Of a stretch of DNA of 64,000 nucleotides, positions 47,722 to 58,307 are shown piece after piece. The stretch covers positions 17,996 to 81,995 of the forward strand of contig CALWYG010000051.1 in NCBI GenBank assembly GCA_944385695.1, read 5' to 3'. Below the pieces are notes generated by a model. The model ran no database searches. It was given only the letters and a program-made list of their open reading frames with translations, and was not told the DNA's origin. Position 1 is the stretch's first letter, and every line of letters begins with the position of its first letter. The position numbers were made by a program, and so were the translations under genes. Source of the stretch: an uncultured Oscillospiraceae bacterium. GTDB lineage: Bacteria > Bacillota > Clostridia > Oscillospirales > Oscillospiraceae.

Positions 47722-49092
47722 ATGGATCTGGTATTTGCATTTTTGATTTTTCTGATTTGCGTGGCGGCCTGCATGGTGCTGGGAGCAAGCCTGTCCTGGG
47801 CGCTTCTGGTGGGGCTGGTATGTTTTGCCCTGGTAGGACTGCGCCGGGGCTATTCGGTCCGGGAATTGGGCGGCATGGCGGCGGAAGAGATGAAAACCGC
47901 GGGGAAGGTGCTGCGGATTTTGCTGCTGATTGGTTTGCTCACGGCCCTGTGGCGGGCAGGCGGAACGGTGGCCTTTTTTGTCCGGACGGGTGTTTCTCTG
48001 ATTACGCCAAATACGTTTCTGCTGGTGGCTTTCCTGCTGCCTGCCCTGTTCAGCATGGCCTTTGGCAGCTCCTTCGGCGTGGTGGGGACGGCGGGCGTGA
48101 TCCTGATGACCATTGCCCGCAGCGGCGGGGCGAATTTGTTGGCCGCCAGCGGAGCAATCATGTCCGGCATCTATGTGGGAGAACGGCTTTCTCCGGCATC
48201 CTCCGCCGCGGCGGTAGCGGCGGCGGTGGCCGGAGTGGATGATCGGGCGTTCCGTAGCCGTATGTGGCGGGATACGCTGCTGCCCTTTTCCATCACATTG
48301 CTCCTGTATGGCGTTTTGTCCCCGGTCTACCCCATTCACCAGGTGGACGGACAGATTTTACAGGCGCTGTCCACCGGATTTGATTTGAGCTGGCCGGTCA
48401 TCCTGCCTGCGGTGGCGCTGCTGGCACTGCCGTGGATGAAGGTGAGCGCGGTGGGGGCGATTCTGGTCAGCTGTGTGCTGTCGGCGCTGTGTGCGCTGTT
48501 GATTCAGCATATGGACCCTGGGCAGCTGCTGTGGGCTTGTGTGACGGGATACGAGGCCGTTGAGCCGGAGCTGCGGGATATTCTGTCCGGCGGCGGACTT
48601 TGCTCCATGCTGGATGTGGCGATTATCGTGGTGTTGTCCTGTGCCTATTCCGGCCTGTTCAGCGGGACAGGCTTCCTGGACCCGGTGACGGAGAAAATGG
48701 GGGGACTGATCGACCGGATCGGCCTGTTTGCCACCCATGTTCTGCTGTCCCTTGGCACCTGCATGCTCTTTTGCAACCAGACGGTGGGTACGGTGCTCAG
48801 CGCACAGCTCACCCGGGAGGAGTACCACCGCCGGGACCTGCCGCCCATGGAGATGGCGGCCAATATAGGAAATTCCGTGATCAATCTGGCGGGGCTGGTG
48901 CCCTGGGCCATTGCCTGCAGCGTTCCCCTGGCTACCATGGGGGTGGGACTTTCCATGCTGCCCTTTGCCTGTTACCTCTATCTCCTGCCCCTGTGCTGCT
49001 GGGCCAAGGAGATTTGGAAAGGAAGGAAAAAGACAGGGAAAGAGCCGGCGGGAAAAAATGAGTCCGCATCAGGAAAATCGAATTATTTATAG
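47722..49092 (+). CDS. NhaC family Na+/H+ antiporter-like transporter
   Basis: W..GGT, GSSFGVVGTAG, SG.YVGERLSP.S, LVPW; start MDLVFA chosen. Confidence 0.8.
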   Translation: MDLVFAFLIFLICVAACMVLGASLSWALLVGLVCFALVGLRRGYSVRELGGMAAEEMKTAGKVLRILLLIGLLTALWRAGGTVAFFVRTGVSLITPNTFLLVAFLLPALFSMAFGSSFGVVGTAGVILMTIARSGGANLLAASGAIMSGIYVGERLSPASSAAAVAAAVAGVDDRAFRSRMWRDTLLPFSITLLLYGVLSPVYPIHQVDGQILQALSTGFDLSWPVILPAVALLALPWMKVSAVGAILVSCVLSALCALLIQHMDPGQLLWACVTGYEAVEPELRDILSGGGLCSMLDVAIIVVLSCAYSGLFSGTGFLDPVTEKMGGLIDRIGLFATHVLLSLGTCMLFCNQTVGTVLSAQLTREEYHRRDLPPMEMAANIGNSVINLAGLVPWAIACSVPLATMGVGLSMLPFACYLYLLPLCCWAKEIWKGRKKTGKEPAGKNESASGKSNYL

Positions 49093-49200
49093 TTGAGTTT
49101 TCTTGCAAAAAGGTGTATACTTTACGCTAATTCCCACCGGGTGGGACCCGGGTACGGCCCTGAAGAAAGTCGATAGGGCCACGGAACAAAGGAGAAGCGT

Positions 49201-50100
49201 ATGAGGTTCCAAATTGCGAGTGACAGCTCTTGTGATCTGGGACGGGAGAGGTGCCGTAGCCTTGGAGTGGAGATGGTATCCTACTATGCCGCCCTGGGAA
49301 ACGAGACCTATTACCGGGAGGAACGAGACATCTCTACACGGGAATTCTATCAACGCATGGCGGCAATGCCCGGGGTCTTTCCCAAAACCTCCATGCCCAC
49401 CATGGAGGATTATCTGGAGGCATTTTTCCCCATTGCGCAGCAGGGCATTCCCATTTTATGCATCTGCCTCAACGGTCTATTCAGCGGCTCTTACCAGAAT
49501 GCCAGAAACTCTGCCGAAGAGCTGCGGGAACGGTATCCGCAGGTGCAGATCTATGTGATGGATTCCAGACTGGCCACCGTGCTGCAGGGGCTGCTGGTGG
49601 AGGAGGCGGTGCGGCTGCGGGATCTGGACCTGACGCTGGAGCAGGCGGTGGCCATCCTGGAGCAGCTGCCCCAAACCGGCCGGATCTTCTTTACCACCGA
49701 CGATTTGGACTATCTGCGTCATGGGGGGCGAATCGGCAAAGCTGCTGCCACTACAGGGGCGCTGCTGCGGGTAAAGCCCCTGATCGGGTATGAACATGGA
49801 GAGCTTGTTACCGATGGCATCGCCCAGGGGCGGAAGAAGTCGCTGGTGCGGGTGCGGGAGCTGTTTTTCCGGTATGTGGAGCGGGAAAAGCTGAACCTGA
49901 ATGAGTATATCCTGGCTACGGGCTTTGGCCTGAATCAGGAGGAGCACCGGGAGTTTGCCCAGCAGGTCTACGAGGGCCTGTTGGAGCGGGGCTACGACCG
50001 CCCGGAAGTAAAAAAGCCCTATCAGATTGGAATGACCATCGGCGTTCACACCGGTCCTACCCCGATCGGAGTGGGGCTGCTGCGCAAGGCGACGGTTTAA
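49201..50100 (+). CDS. DegV family fatty-acid-binding protein
   Basis: SDSSCDL, PKTS.P, SGSYQ.A, L.YL..GGRI, IGVHTGP. Confidence 0.92.
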   Translation: MRFQIASDSSCDLGRERCRSLGVEMVSYYAALGNETYYREERDISTREFYQRMAAMPGVFPKTSMPTMEDYLEAFFPIAQQGIPILCICLNGLFSGSYQNARNSAEELRERYPQVQIYVMDSRLATVLQGLLVEEAVRLRDLDLTLEQAVAILEQLPQTGRIFFTTDDLDYLRHGGRIGKAAATTGALLRVKPLIGYEHGELVTDGIAQGRKKSLVRVRELFFRYVEREKLNLNEYILATGFGLNQEEHREFAQQVYEGLLERGYDRPEVKKPYQIGMTIGVHTGPTPIGVGLLRKATV

Positions 50101-50114
50101 GGAGGAACAAAACC

Positions 50115-50585
50115 ATGAAAAAACTGATGATGCTTGCCCTGGCTGCGGCTATGGGCATGTTTGTGCTGACCGGCTGCGGCGGGGGCGAGGAAGCAAAGGC
50201 TTATTCCACCGACCTGGTAGGGGCCATGGTGGAAGCGGGAGCTTTTTCCGAACCACTGGAGGAGTTGGATGGAGACACGGCCTTTGCCCTCTATAAGCTG
50301 GGAGATTACGGCCTAGCCCGGGAGGATCTGACCGACTGCGCGGTGCAGCGCTCGGCAGGCGCCACCTGTGAGGAGGGGGCGGTGCTGGTGCTGGCGGATA
50401 AGGACAAAGCCGGCAAGGCCCTGGATGCGCTGAAGGCCTATGTGGATGGACAGATTTCCACCAATGAGAGCTACCGCCCCGGGGAGATTCCCAAGCTGGA
50501 GGCAGCTTTGGTGGAGCAGCAGGGCGCTTCGGTACTGCTGGTGGTGGCCAATGACCTGGACGCCGCCAAGAGTGTCATCGAATAA
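50115..50585 (+). CDS. DUF4358-like lipoprotein
   Basis: Lipobox LTGC; ESYRPGE...LEAA.V motif. Confidence 0.7.
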   Translation: MKKLMMLALAAAMGMFVLTGCGGGEEAKAYSTDLVGAMVEAGAFSEPLEELDGDTAFALYKLGDYGLAREDLTDCAVQRSAGATCEEGAVLVLADKDKAGKALDALKAYVDGQISTNESYRPGEIPKLEAALVEQQGASVLLVVANDLDAAKSVIE

Positions 50586-50589
50586 GAGA

Positions 50590-50622
50590 AAACGGCTTCT
50601 GCCAATGGCAGAAGCCGTTTTT
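50590..50622. terminator. Bidirectional terminator
   Basis: aaacggcttctgcca-a-tggcagaagccgtttt. Confidence 0.85.
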
Positions 50623-50627
50623 GTGTC

Positions 50628-51530
50628 TTAGCAGAAGGAGCAGGGCTCCTCCACGGTAACTGTGTATTTTTCCAGCAGGGCAACGGGATGGTAGGAGAGC
50701 TTGCTGGTGCGCAGGCCTGGATCTCCGGTGTCGTCCTCCCGGTTAATGAAGGAGACTCCCTCATGGGCAAACTGTTGGGCAAATTGGGCCACCAGCATTT
50801 GATAGCACCCCTCATAGTCCCGGTCGGCCTTCTCAATGTGGGTAAAGAGGGTGTCGCCGATGATCTCACCCAGAGAGAAGCCAACGATTTCCCCATCCAC
50901 CAGAAGCATACCGCCCAGCAGGTCATAGGCCTGGTAGTTGTCCAGCACCTCGTGGGTCTTGGCAATGTCTTCGTGGAAGGTGGCGGCGGACTTATCCCAC
51001 CGGCTGGCGTAGCGGTCCAAAAATGCCTTTACCTGGGGGATGTCCTCTTGCTCGATGGGGCGGAACAGCCAGTTTCCATAGGTTTTCAGGAACTTATTCA
51101 CATGGTTTCGCTGGCCACTGAGCTTTTTGCCCCGGAAGTATTTCAAATCCTCCGCCCGGTACAGGTAGTCGAAGTTGTTTCGCTCAGCAAGGGCGGCGCT
51201 GTTGGGGAAAAACTCCTGAAGCCGCTCCAGCTCGTCCTTGGGGACGGGATAGAAGGCAATGGGCATGTTTCGGCGGCAGCAATAGGCGGCGATCTGGGTA
51301 TAGTGCTCCCAACGTCCGCCCCCCAGAGGGAGGGTAAAGGTTTCGCCCAGACCGGGGTAGAGTACCTTAAAATAGAGGGAGCCGTCATAGATGGCCCACT
51401 CGGTTTTATACATATCCCGCCAGATGAATACGGTGCCGGGGGTAGTGTCGCAGATACGGCTGCCGCTGTATCCAAAGAACGGCCGCAGCTTGGGAAGATC
51501 CTCTAATTGCAGGGGGTGGAAGTCTAACAT
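50628..51530 (-). CDS. DUF2156 (aminoacyl-PG synthase C-terminal-like, GNAT fold) protein
   Basis: DYLY...L...GKK...RNH.NKF, HIEKA, INREDD.G.PGLR.SKLSY.P. Confidence 0.85.
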   Translation of the reverse strand: MLDFHPLQLEDLPKLRPFFGYSGSRICDTTPGTVFIWRDMYKTEWAIYDGSLYFKVLYPGLGETFTLPLGGGRWEHYTQIAAYCCRRNMPIAFYPVPKDELERLQEFFPNSAALAERNNFDYLYRAEDLKYFRGKKLSGQRNHVNKFLKTYGNWLFRPIEQEDIPQVKAFLDRYASRWDKSAATFHEDIAKTHEVLDNYQAYDLLGGMLLVDGEIVGFSLGEIIGDTLFTHIEKADRDYEGCYQMLVAQFAQQFAHEGVSFINREDDTGDPGLRTSKLSYHPVALLEKYTVTVEEPCSFC

Positions 51531-51587
51531 AAATTCAAATCCTTATTTCCGGTTCTGAGCAGAGGTGTTTTCCACTGTCAGACCTTT

Positions 51588-52685
51588 TTATCGTTGTATA
51601 TCGGTGATGCGGCCAAAGTACCATCCGGTTACCCCATCCTTTTTGCACAGGAAGGCATCCTGGGTCTGCCAGACCAAGGTGAGGCGGTCGCCGGGGGCGA
51701 CAGGAAGGCGGTAATCCGTGGAGTCCTCGCACCACAGGCCCTTGGGGCCCTGGCGGAGGTAAGCGTTCAGCACCCAGAGCTCCCGGCCTGTTTCCACATG
51801 GCGGCACCAGGACAGCTCCTCACCCGGCTCCAGCAGCTCCAGGGCGGAGCGGCCCCAGCGGATGTTCAGGCTGTCTCTGCTGGGAGTCTGGGAGTCTAGG
51901 GCGGTGCCGGTGGGCAGGCCGTCCCAGGCGGTCCAGGAAAATTCCGCGGCGTCGGGGGAGGAGAGTATCAGAGCATTGAGCTGGCCGTCCGCCTTCAGCA
52001 CGCAGCCGCCGTCAATGGAGGCAATCTTCCGGTGGGGGAGGATCATGGGGGCGGCGGAGGGAATGTGGGAATTGTAGAGGGTCACAGGCCAGTGGCCCAC
52101 CACCACCCACTTATCAAAGGAGTGGCCCTGGGAGAGAAAGTCGTCATTTTTCATGCAGCGCCAGCGGTTGAGCTTCTCCATGTGCTCCAGAGAGGGCACG
52201 CCTCCGTGAACAAACACCAGACGGTCGGTCTCCAGAATGGTGGGCAGAGATTTCAGCCATGCCCACTCCTCCGGGTAGGCCGAGCGCAGATCACGCCGCA
52301 GCCGGGGCAGATCCTCCAACTGCTCAAAGCCGCCTTCCCGGGCCAGCTGCCGGATAGTAGATTCCGGATGCTGAGGAAGGTAGGAGGAGAAAAAGCGCCC
52401 ATCCAGAGCATCCGTTTCAAAGAAATTCAGCACCAGCCCGTCGCAGTTTCCGCACAGGGGATAGAGCCTGTGCGTGTGGGAGAGTTCCATCAAACGGCGC
52501 AGCAGAGCCAGACTATCCTTGCCCTTCTCAATCATGTCGCCCACCAGAATCAGACTGTCCTGGCCAGTCAAAGCGATCTTGTCCATCAGGGCAGAAAAAA
52601 AGGAGAGGTTTCCGTGGATATCACTGACGGCAATGACCCGCCCCTCCGGGGAGAGTTGGGGGTGAATGATAAGCGGTTCGTCCAT
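51588..52685 (-). CDS. Metallophosphoesterase (PPP-like) with C-terminal SH3-like domains
   Basis: SDIHG, GDMIEKG, GNCD, FVHGG, VGHWP, IDGG. Confidence 0.8.
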   Translation of the reverse strand: MDEPLIIHPQLSPEGRVIAVSDIHGNLSFFSALMDKIALTGQDSLILVGDMIEKGKDSLALLRRLMELSHTHRLYPLCGNCDGLVLNFFETDALDGRFFSSYLPQHPESTIRQLAREGGFEQLEDLPRLRRDLRSAYPEEWAWLKSLPTILETDRLVFVHGGVPSLEHMEKLNRWRCMKNDDFLSQGHSFDKWVVVGHWPVTLYNSHIPSAAPMILPHRKIASIDGGCVLKADGQLNALILSSPDAAEFSWTAWDGLPTGTALDSQTPSRDSLNIRWGRSALELLEPGEELSWCRHVETGRELWVLNAYLRQGPKGLWCEDSTDYRLPVAPGDRLTLVWQTQDAFLCKKDGVTGWYFGRITDIQR

Positions 52686-52809
52686 GGTATAGCCCCCCTT
52701 TCAAGCGGAGAATTGGTTGGGTACAGGCAATCATACCATAGAGATCGGGAGAAAATCAAGGGAGAAAACCGCCCCCTTGGCGAATCCAAGGGGGCGGCAG
52801 CGGTTAAAA

Positions 52810-53352
52810 TTAGCCGAAGTAGCGCTTCAGCAGGCCCTCAAAAGCCTTGCCGTGACGGGCCTCGTCGCGAGCCATCTCGTGCACAGTGTCGTGGATGGCG
52901 TCCAGACCCAGCTCCTTGGCCTTCTTGGCCAGCTCGAACTTGCCGGCGGTAGCACCGTTCTCGGCGTCCACACGCAGCTCCAGGTTCTTCTTGGTGGAGT
53001 CGGTGACCACCTCGCCCAGCAGCTCGGCAAACTTGGCGGCGTGCTCGGCCTCCTCGTAAGCGGCCTTCTCCCAGTACAGACCGATCTCGGGATAGCCCTC
53101 ACGGTGAGCCACACGGGCCATGGCCAGGTACATGCCCACCTCGGAGCACTCGCCCTCGAAGTTCATGCGCAGACCCTTGATGATCTCCTCATCCACGCCC
53201 TGGGCCACGCCCACCACGTGCTCGGCAGCCCAGGTCTTCTCACCGGCCTGCTCCTTGAACTTGGAAGCGGGAGCCTTGCACAGGGGGCAGAACTCAGGAG
53301 CGGAATCGCCTTCGTGAACATAACCGCAAACAGTACAAACAAACTTCTTCAT
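52810..53352 (-). CDS. Reverse rubrerythrin (NADH peroxidase)
   Basis: N-terminal rubredoxin CxxC...CxxC, then ferritin-like EEAEH and DEARH. Confidence 0.92.
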   Translation of the reverse strand: MKKFVCTVCGYVHEGDSAPEFCPLCKAPASKFKEQAGEKTWAAEHVVGVAQGVDEEIIKGLRMNFEGECSEVGMYLAMARVAHREGYPEIGLYWEKAAYEEAEHAAKFAELLGEVVTDSTKKNLELRVDAENGATAGKFELAKKAKELGLDAIHDTVHEMARDEARHGKAFEGLLKRYFG

Positions 53353-53366
53353 AATAGAATTCCTCC

Positions 53367-53783
53367 TCAATTTAATACAGTTTCTTGTTGATTGGATTGG
53401 GTGCAGGTGGGACAAAGCCCATGGAAGGTGAGCTCATGTCTGGAAACTGCAAGCCCATATTGCCGGCTGACGGACTGGTCCAAATCTGCGCCCAGAGTAA
53501 TCTTGGGCAGATCCATGACAGATCCGCAGCATTCGCAAACAAAATGGCTGTGGGGCTGGGTAACTGCATCAAACCGCTCCTGCCCCTGGACCACGCCGAC
53601 GCTCTGAATAAGCCCGTGGTTTTGGAAGAAAATCAGGTTCCGGTAGACCGTTCCCAAGCTGAGGTCGGGATGGGTGGGCTTGAGCTTTTGATAAACCCAT
53701 TCGGCAGAAGGGTGGCAGTCAGTAGACTGAAGCAAGGTAAGCATATCCGCCCGCTTTTTACTGTATCGTGTGGCACGCTCCAT
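53367..53783 (-). CDS. perR: Peroxide-responsive Fur-family repressor
   Basis: [26 protein letters not shown], CxxC; directly upstream of rubrerythrin. Confidence 0.8.
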   Translation of the reverse strand: MERATRYSKKRADMLTLLQSTDCHPSAEWVYQKLKPTHPDLSLGTVYRNLIFFQNHGLIQSVGVVQGQERFDAVTQPHSHFVCECCGSVMDLPKITLGADLDQSVSRQYGLAVSRHELTFHGLCPTCTQSNQQETVLN

Positions 53784-53800
53784 GGCCGGCCTCCTTTCGT

Positions 53801-53821
53801 TAATAATAGTAATTCTTATTA
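53801..53821. promoter_or_regulatory. PerR/Fur-box-like operator
   Basis: taataatagtaattcttatta between TATAAT (53826-53831, minus strand) and RBS of perR. Confidence 0.6.
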
Positions 53822-53918
53822 CGGGATTATACTAGCACACCGGAAGGCGTTTGTAAAGAGGAAAATTGAAAAAAAGTAAAAAAGTTTGAAGCGAGCCGGC
53901 GGCCCGCTCCAAACTAGA

Positions 53919-54605
53919 TTATTTCCTCTTTTGATGCCGCTTAAACCAACCTAAGACCGCGTCTTCCACCTGGTTTCCGTAGCGCATGCCCAGCAAAAAA
54001 AGTCCAAGCCCCGCCAGGGCAATGGGAACCATGGCCCACAGAGGCAGTGAGATGGTAGAGCCGCCCAGCGCACAGGAGAACAGCAGGCCCCAAGGACGGG
54101 TGAGCAGCATAATAACAAAAAAGCGACGCACAGAGATCGAGGTCAAACCAGCCAGAATACACAGTACATCATCCGGGAAGAAGGGAAACAGAAAGGCCAG
54201 CGCCAAAAAAATGGGGGCCTTTGTCTCCAAAATGGATTGATACTTCTCTGAAAGCTTCCGGCTGACCAGCCGGTCGGCAAAATCCCTTCCCAGGCCCCGA
54301 GCTAGGGAAAAGACCAGCAGGGAGCCGGAAATTACCGCGGCATAGGTGAGAAAAAAGGAGGGCCAGGTTCCAAAGAGCACTCCCCCCGCCACAGACGTGA
54401 TGTTGCTGGGAATGGGGGCCAGCACCACGGAAAGAAACTGTACCAGAAAAAAGCATAGATGGGAATAGGGGGCAAAGCGGTCAATGTAGCTGCGCAGCCC
54501 CTCGGTGGAGGTGGCGGCGGCGAAAAAACCGGTATGGTATAAGAAAAAGCCGCCTCCCAAACAGAGCAGGACGGCGGCTGTCAGCAGAGCGATCCGTCGT
54601 TTCAT
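53919..54605 (-). CDS. TVP38/TMEM64 (VTT/DedA superfamily) membrane protein
   Basis: APIP...GG.LFG, FLFPFFPDD.LC..AGLT. Confidence 0.85.
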   Translation of the reverse strand: MKRRIALLTAAVLLCLGGGFFLYHTGFFAAATSTEGLRSYIDRFAPYSHLCFFLVQFLSVVLAPIPSNITSVAGGVLFGTWPSFFLTYAAVISGSLLVFSLARGLGRDFADRLVSRKLSEKYQSILETKAPIFLALAFLFPFFPDDVLCILAGLTSISVRRFFVIMLLTRPWGLLFSCALGGSTISLPLWAMVPIALAGLGLFLLGMRYGNQVEDAVLGWFKRHQKRK

Positions 54606-54711
54606 AGGCGCACCCTACGCCTCCTTTTCCAGATATCGGTGGTATTCTACCACATCGGACGGGAAAAAACGACAAAAGACTCCTTAAAAATTTATGAACA
54701 TTTCAAACACC

Positions 54712-55578
54712 TCAAACCCGGCGGATGGAGGCGATGCTGCCGGCGATTTGCCGGGCCACGGCGGGGTTGTTCATGGTGTACAGGTGGATTCCGTCCACGC
54801 CGCCGGCGATCAGGTCGGAGATCTGGTCAATGGCGTAGGCGATTCCGGCCTCCCGCAGAGCGTCGGGATGATCTCCATACCGGGCTAAAATCCGGGTCAG
54901 CTTTCGGGGCATGCTGGCTCCACACATGGAAACCATCCGCTGGATGGAGGCCTGGGACAACACGGGCATAATGCCCGCTTCGATGGGGACGTTGATGCCG
55001 GCAATGCGGCAGCGCTCCAAGAAGCGGAAGAAATCCTCGTTGTCAAAGAAAAGCTGACTGACCAGGTGCTGGGCGCCTGCATCCACTTTCATTTTCAGGT
55101 GGCGGATATCGCTGACCAGGTCGGGGCTCTCCAAATGTCCCTCCGGGTAGCAGGCGGCGGAGACGCCAAAGTCCCCCCGGGAATGAATATAAGTGACCAG
55201 ATCGCTTGCGTAGGCAAAATCGGTTTTAGGGGGATAGTCGGGGTTGACGTCTCCCCGAAGGGCCAGGACATTTTCCACGCCGTCCGCCTTCAGGTCGGCC
55301 AGGAGCTGATCCACGTCCTCTTTCCCGGCGGCCACGCAGGTGAGATGGGCCATGGCGGGGATGTGATAGCGGTTTTCAATGATAGAGGCAATCTCCCGGG
55401 TGGTCTGGTTGACCTTGGAGCCACCGGCTCCATAGGTGACGGAGATGAAGTCGGGGCGGATGCCCTTCAGACCGTCCAGTGTGGTGTAGATGCTGTCCAC
55501 AGGGGTGTCCCGCTTGGGTGGAAATACCTCGCAGGAAAACACGGTTTTTCCTTTTCCAAATAGTTCTGCCAGTTTCAT
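54712..55578 (-). CDS. metF: 5,10-methylenetetrahydrofolate reductase
   Basis: SCEVFPPK, SVTYGAGG, AHLTC, LALRGD, YPEGH, QLFFD, HLYTMN; start may be 55584. Confidence 0.93.
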   Translation of the reverse strand: MKLAELFGKGKTVFSCEVFPPKRDTPVDSIYTTLDGLKGIRPDFISVTYGAGGSKVNQTTREIASIIENRYHIPAMAHLTCVAAGKEDVDQLLADLKADGVENVLALRGDVNPDYPPKTDFAYASDLVTYIHSRGDFGVSAACYPEGHLESPDLVSDIRHLKMKVDAGAQHLVSQLFFDNEDFFRFLERCRIAGINVPIEAGIMPVLSQASIQRMVSMCGASMPRKLTRILARYGDHPDALREAGIAYAIDQISDLIAGGVDGIHLYTMNNPAVARQIAGSIASIRRV

Positions 55579-55615
55579 CGTCATTACCTCCCTGTATCAA
55601 ATGGTGATAGGATGA

Positions 55616-56374
55616 TCAGAAGTCTATGTCCAGCAGCACGGGGCAATGATCACTGCCCTCAACGGAAGAGAGAATCTCTGCCCGCCGGATCTTGTCCCGG
55701 AGCCGGTCGGATACAATAAAATAATCAATACGCCATCCGGCGTTGTTTTTCCTGGCGTTGAAGCGATAGGACCACCAGGAGTAGGCCCCTGTCAAATCGG
55801 GATAGAGGTAGCGGAAGGAGTCGGTAAAGCCGGAGGAGAGCAGAGCGGTCATTTTCTCCCGCTCCTGGTCGGAAAAGCCGGCATTCATATGGTTGGTTTT
55901 TGGGTTTTTCAGGTCAATCTCCTGGTGGGCCACATTCAGGTCTCCGCAGTAAATGACCGGCTTGACCTTGTCCAGAGACATAAGGTACTCCCGCAGATCG
56001 TCCTCCCACTGCATACGGTAGTCCAGCCGCTTGAGCCCGTCCTGAGCGTTGGGGGTGTAGCAGCAGACCAGATAAAATGGCTCATACTCCAAGGTGATGA
56101 GCCGCCCCTCGTGGTCGTGGATGTCCTTGTCCATGCCATAGGCCACGGCGATGGGGGCATGGGGGGTGAAGACGGCGGTGCCGGAGTAGCCCTTTTTCTC
56201 CGCTGAGTTCCAATATTCCAGAATTCCCTCTCCCAGAGGGACATCCGCCTGCCCCTGCTCCATTTTGGTCTCCTGAAGGCACATAAAGTCGGGAGTCTGT
56301 CCCTGATAAAAGTCCAGAAAGCCCTTTTTCATACAGGCCCGCAGGCCGTTTACATTCCAGGAAATGAATTTCAT
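55616..56374 (-). CDS. xth: Exodeoxyribonuclease III / AP endonuclease
   Basis: SWNVNGLR, LQETK, GDLNVAH, GWRIDY, SDHCP. Confidence 0.95.
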   Translation of the reverse strand: MKFISWNVNGLRACMKKGFLDFYQGQTPDFMCLQETKMEQGQADVPLGEGILEYWNSAEKKGYSGTAVFTPHAPIAVAYGMDKDIHDHEGRLITLEYEPFYLVCCYTPNAQDGLKRLDYRMQWEDDLREYLMSLDKVKPVIYCGDLNVAHQEIDLKNPKTNHMNAGFSDQEREKMTALLSSGFTDSFRYLYPDLTGAYSWWSYRFNARKNNAGWRIDYFIVSDRLRDKIRRAEILSSVEGSDHCPVLLDIDF

Positions 56375-56482
56375 AAGCCGCTCCTCTGCATTCCGGTGTG
56401 ACCGGTTTTGTCTCATTATACTCAGGGGAGAAACCTTTGGCAAGAAAAAACGGGAAGGCAGCGCAAAATCCGGCTGCCGCCG

Positions 56483-56511
56483 TTGCGTTTCTCGCCGGGA
56501 TTTTGTATAAT
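56483..56511 (+). promoter_or_regulatory. Sigma-A promoter of asnA-metH operon
   Basis: TTGCGT-17 nt-TATAAT. Confidence 0.65.
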
Positions 56512-56613
56512 ACTATCTATTGAATTGCCTGCCCCGCTCCTGCGGCCGGGAACAGACAGACCTCCTGGCCCCAAGGAAGGGCCATGGAATCCAGATGACA
56601 AGGAGTGTCCATT

Positions 56614-57627
56614 ATGAGAGAAATTATCCTGCCCCAGGGCTATACCCCCCTGTTGTCCATCTATGAGACCCAGAAGGCCATCGATCTTTTAAAGCGCCTG
56701 TTTGCCGACAAGCTCTCCGGAGCCTTGCGGCTGCACCGGGTGTCCGCCCCCCTGTTCGTGGCGGCTTCCTCCGGCCTTAACGACGACCTGAACGGTGTGG
56801 AGCGGCCGGTGTCCTTTGATATCAACGGCGTGCAGGGGGATGCGGTTATCGTCCACTCCCTGGCCAAGTGGAAGCGCCTGGCCCTGAAGCGCTACCAGTT
56901 CCAGGTGGGTGAGGGCCTTTACACTGACATGAATGCCATCCGCCGGGATGAGGAGCTGGATATCCTTCACTCCGCCTATGTGGATCAGTGGGACTGGGAA
57001 AAGATCATCGCCCGGGAGGAGCGTAATCCGGAGTTTTTGAAGGCCACGGTCCGCTCTATCGTGGGCGCTCTGGCCGACACCCAGAATTTCCTGCGTACGG
57101 TGTTCCCCCAGCTGTGTGTGCTGCCCCAGCTGTCCACCGATGTATCCTTTATTACCGCTCAGGAGCTGGAGGATCTGTACCCCGACCTTACGCCCAAGGA
57201 GCGGGAGCACGCCTATGTGAAGGAACACCCCACCACCTTCCTGATGGGTATCGGCGGCAAGCTCCGTTCCGGCAAGCCCCACGACGGCCGTGCCCCCGAC
57301 TATGACGACTGGGATCTGAACGGCGATCTGCTGGTGTGGGACAGCGTTGGAAAACGCTCCTTCGAGCTGTCCTCTATGGGCATCCGGGTGGACGAAGAGA
57401 GCCTGGCACGGCAGCTGAAGCTGGCCGACTGTGAAGACCGACGGGAGCTGCCGTTCCACAAGGTGCTGCTGAATGGGGAGCTCCCCCTGACCATGGGCGG
57501 CGGCATTGGCCAGTCCCGGGTATCCATGCTGCTGCTGGGCAAGGCCCACATCGGTGAGGTGCAGTCCTCCCTGTGGGACGAGGCCAATATAAAGGCCTGC
57601 GAGGACGCGGGGATCATTCTGCTGTAA
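56614..57627 (+). CDS. asnA: Aspartate-ammonia ligase
   Basis: VHSLAKWKR, YVDQWDWE, HDGRAPDYDDW, GGGIGQSR, HIGEVQ. Confidence 0.95.
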   Translation: MREIILPQGYTPLLSIYETQKAIDLLKRLFADKLSGALRLHRVSAPLFVAASSGLNDDLNGVERPVSFDINGVQGDAVIVHSLAKWKRLALKRYQFQVGEGLYTDMNAIRRDEELDILHSAYVDQWDWEKIIAREERNPEFLKATVRSIVGALADTQNFLRTVFPQLCVLPQLSTDVSFITAQELEDLYPDLTPKEREHAYVKEHPTTFLMGIGGKLRSGKPHDGRAPDYDDWDLNGDLLVWDSVGKRSFELSSMGIRVDEESLARQLKLADCEDRRELPFHKVLLNGELPLTMGGGIGQSRVSMLLLGKAHIGEVQSSLWDEANIKACEDAGIILL

Positions 57628-58307
57628 TGGCTGCGCCCGTCACAATTTCCCGTGTGGACACCGATGAGGTGCTGCGCTACATGGGCTGTCCGCCGGAGAA
57701 GGCGGACGCACAGCTGCGGGCACTGGTGGAGGGCTGTGCCGGAGAATTGCTGACTGTGGCGCGGCCCCGCTGGGCCTGGCGGGAGATGGCTCTGACCCAA
57801 GAGCCCCAGGGCGTGCGATTGGAGAACGGGCTTCTTCTGCCCGGAGCGGACCTGAAAGGCCATCTGGCCGGCTGCTGCCGGGCAGCGGTGTTCTGCGCTA
57901 CCCTGGGTGCGGAGACCGATACCTTGATCCGCCGGGCCGAGCAGCGGGATATGGGCCGGGCCCTGGCGCTGGACTGCTGCGCATCGGCGGCGGTGGAGGA
58001 GCTGTGCGACCAGATCGAGCTGGAGTTGCAGGGCAAGTTTCCCGGCTGCTTCTTCCCCTACCGCTTCAGCCCCGGGTATGGAGATCTGCCCCTGGAGGTC
58101 CAGGGAGAGCTGCTCAATCTGCTGGATGCCCCACGGCGGGTGGGGCTGTGCGCCAATGAGAGCTCCCTGCTTACGCCGCGAAAATCTGTGACCGCTATAT
58201 TAGGAATCGCAGAAAACGAATTGGAAGAAACACACCGCAGCTGCCTGGGCTGTCCCGCCCGGGAGGGCTGCCAGTATCGAAAGGCGGGAGGACACTGTGG
58301 ACGTTGA
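57627..58307 (+). CDS. Stand-alone methionine synthase reactivation-domain protein
   Basis: ATLG, RFSPGYGDLPL, L.PRKSVTA..G, C-terminal Cys cluster; directly upstream of metH core. Confidence 0.82.
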   Translation: MAAPVTISRVDTDEVLRYMGCPPEKADAQLRALVEGCAGELLTVARPRWAWREMALTQEPQGVRLENGLLLPGADLKGHLAGCCRAAVFCATLGAETDTLIRRAEQRDMGRALALDCCASAAVEELCDQIELELQGKFPGCFFPYRFSPGYGDLPLEVQGELLNLLDAPRRVGLCANESSLLTPRKSVTAILGIAENELEETHRSCLGCPAREGCQYRKAGGHCGR

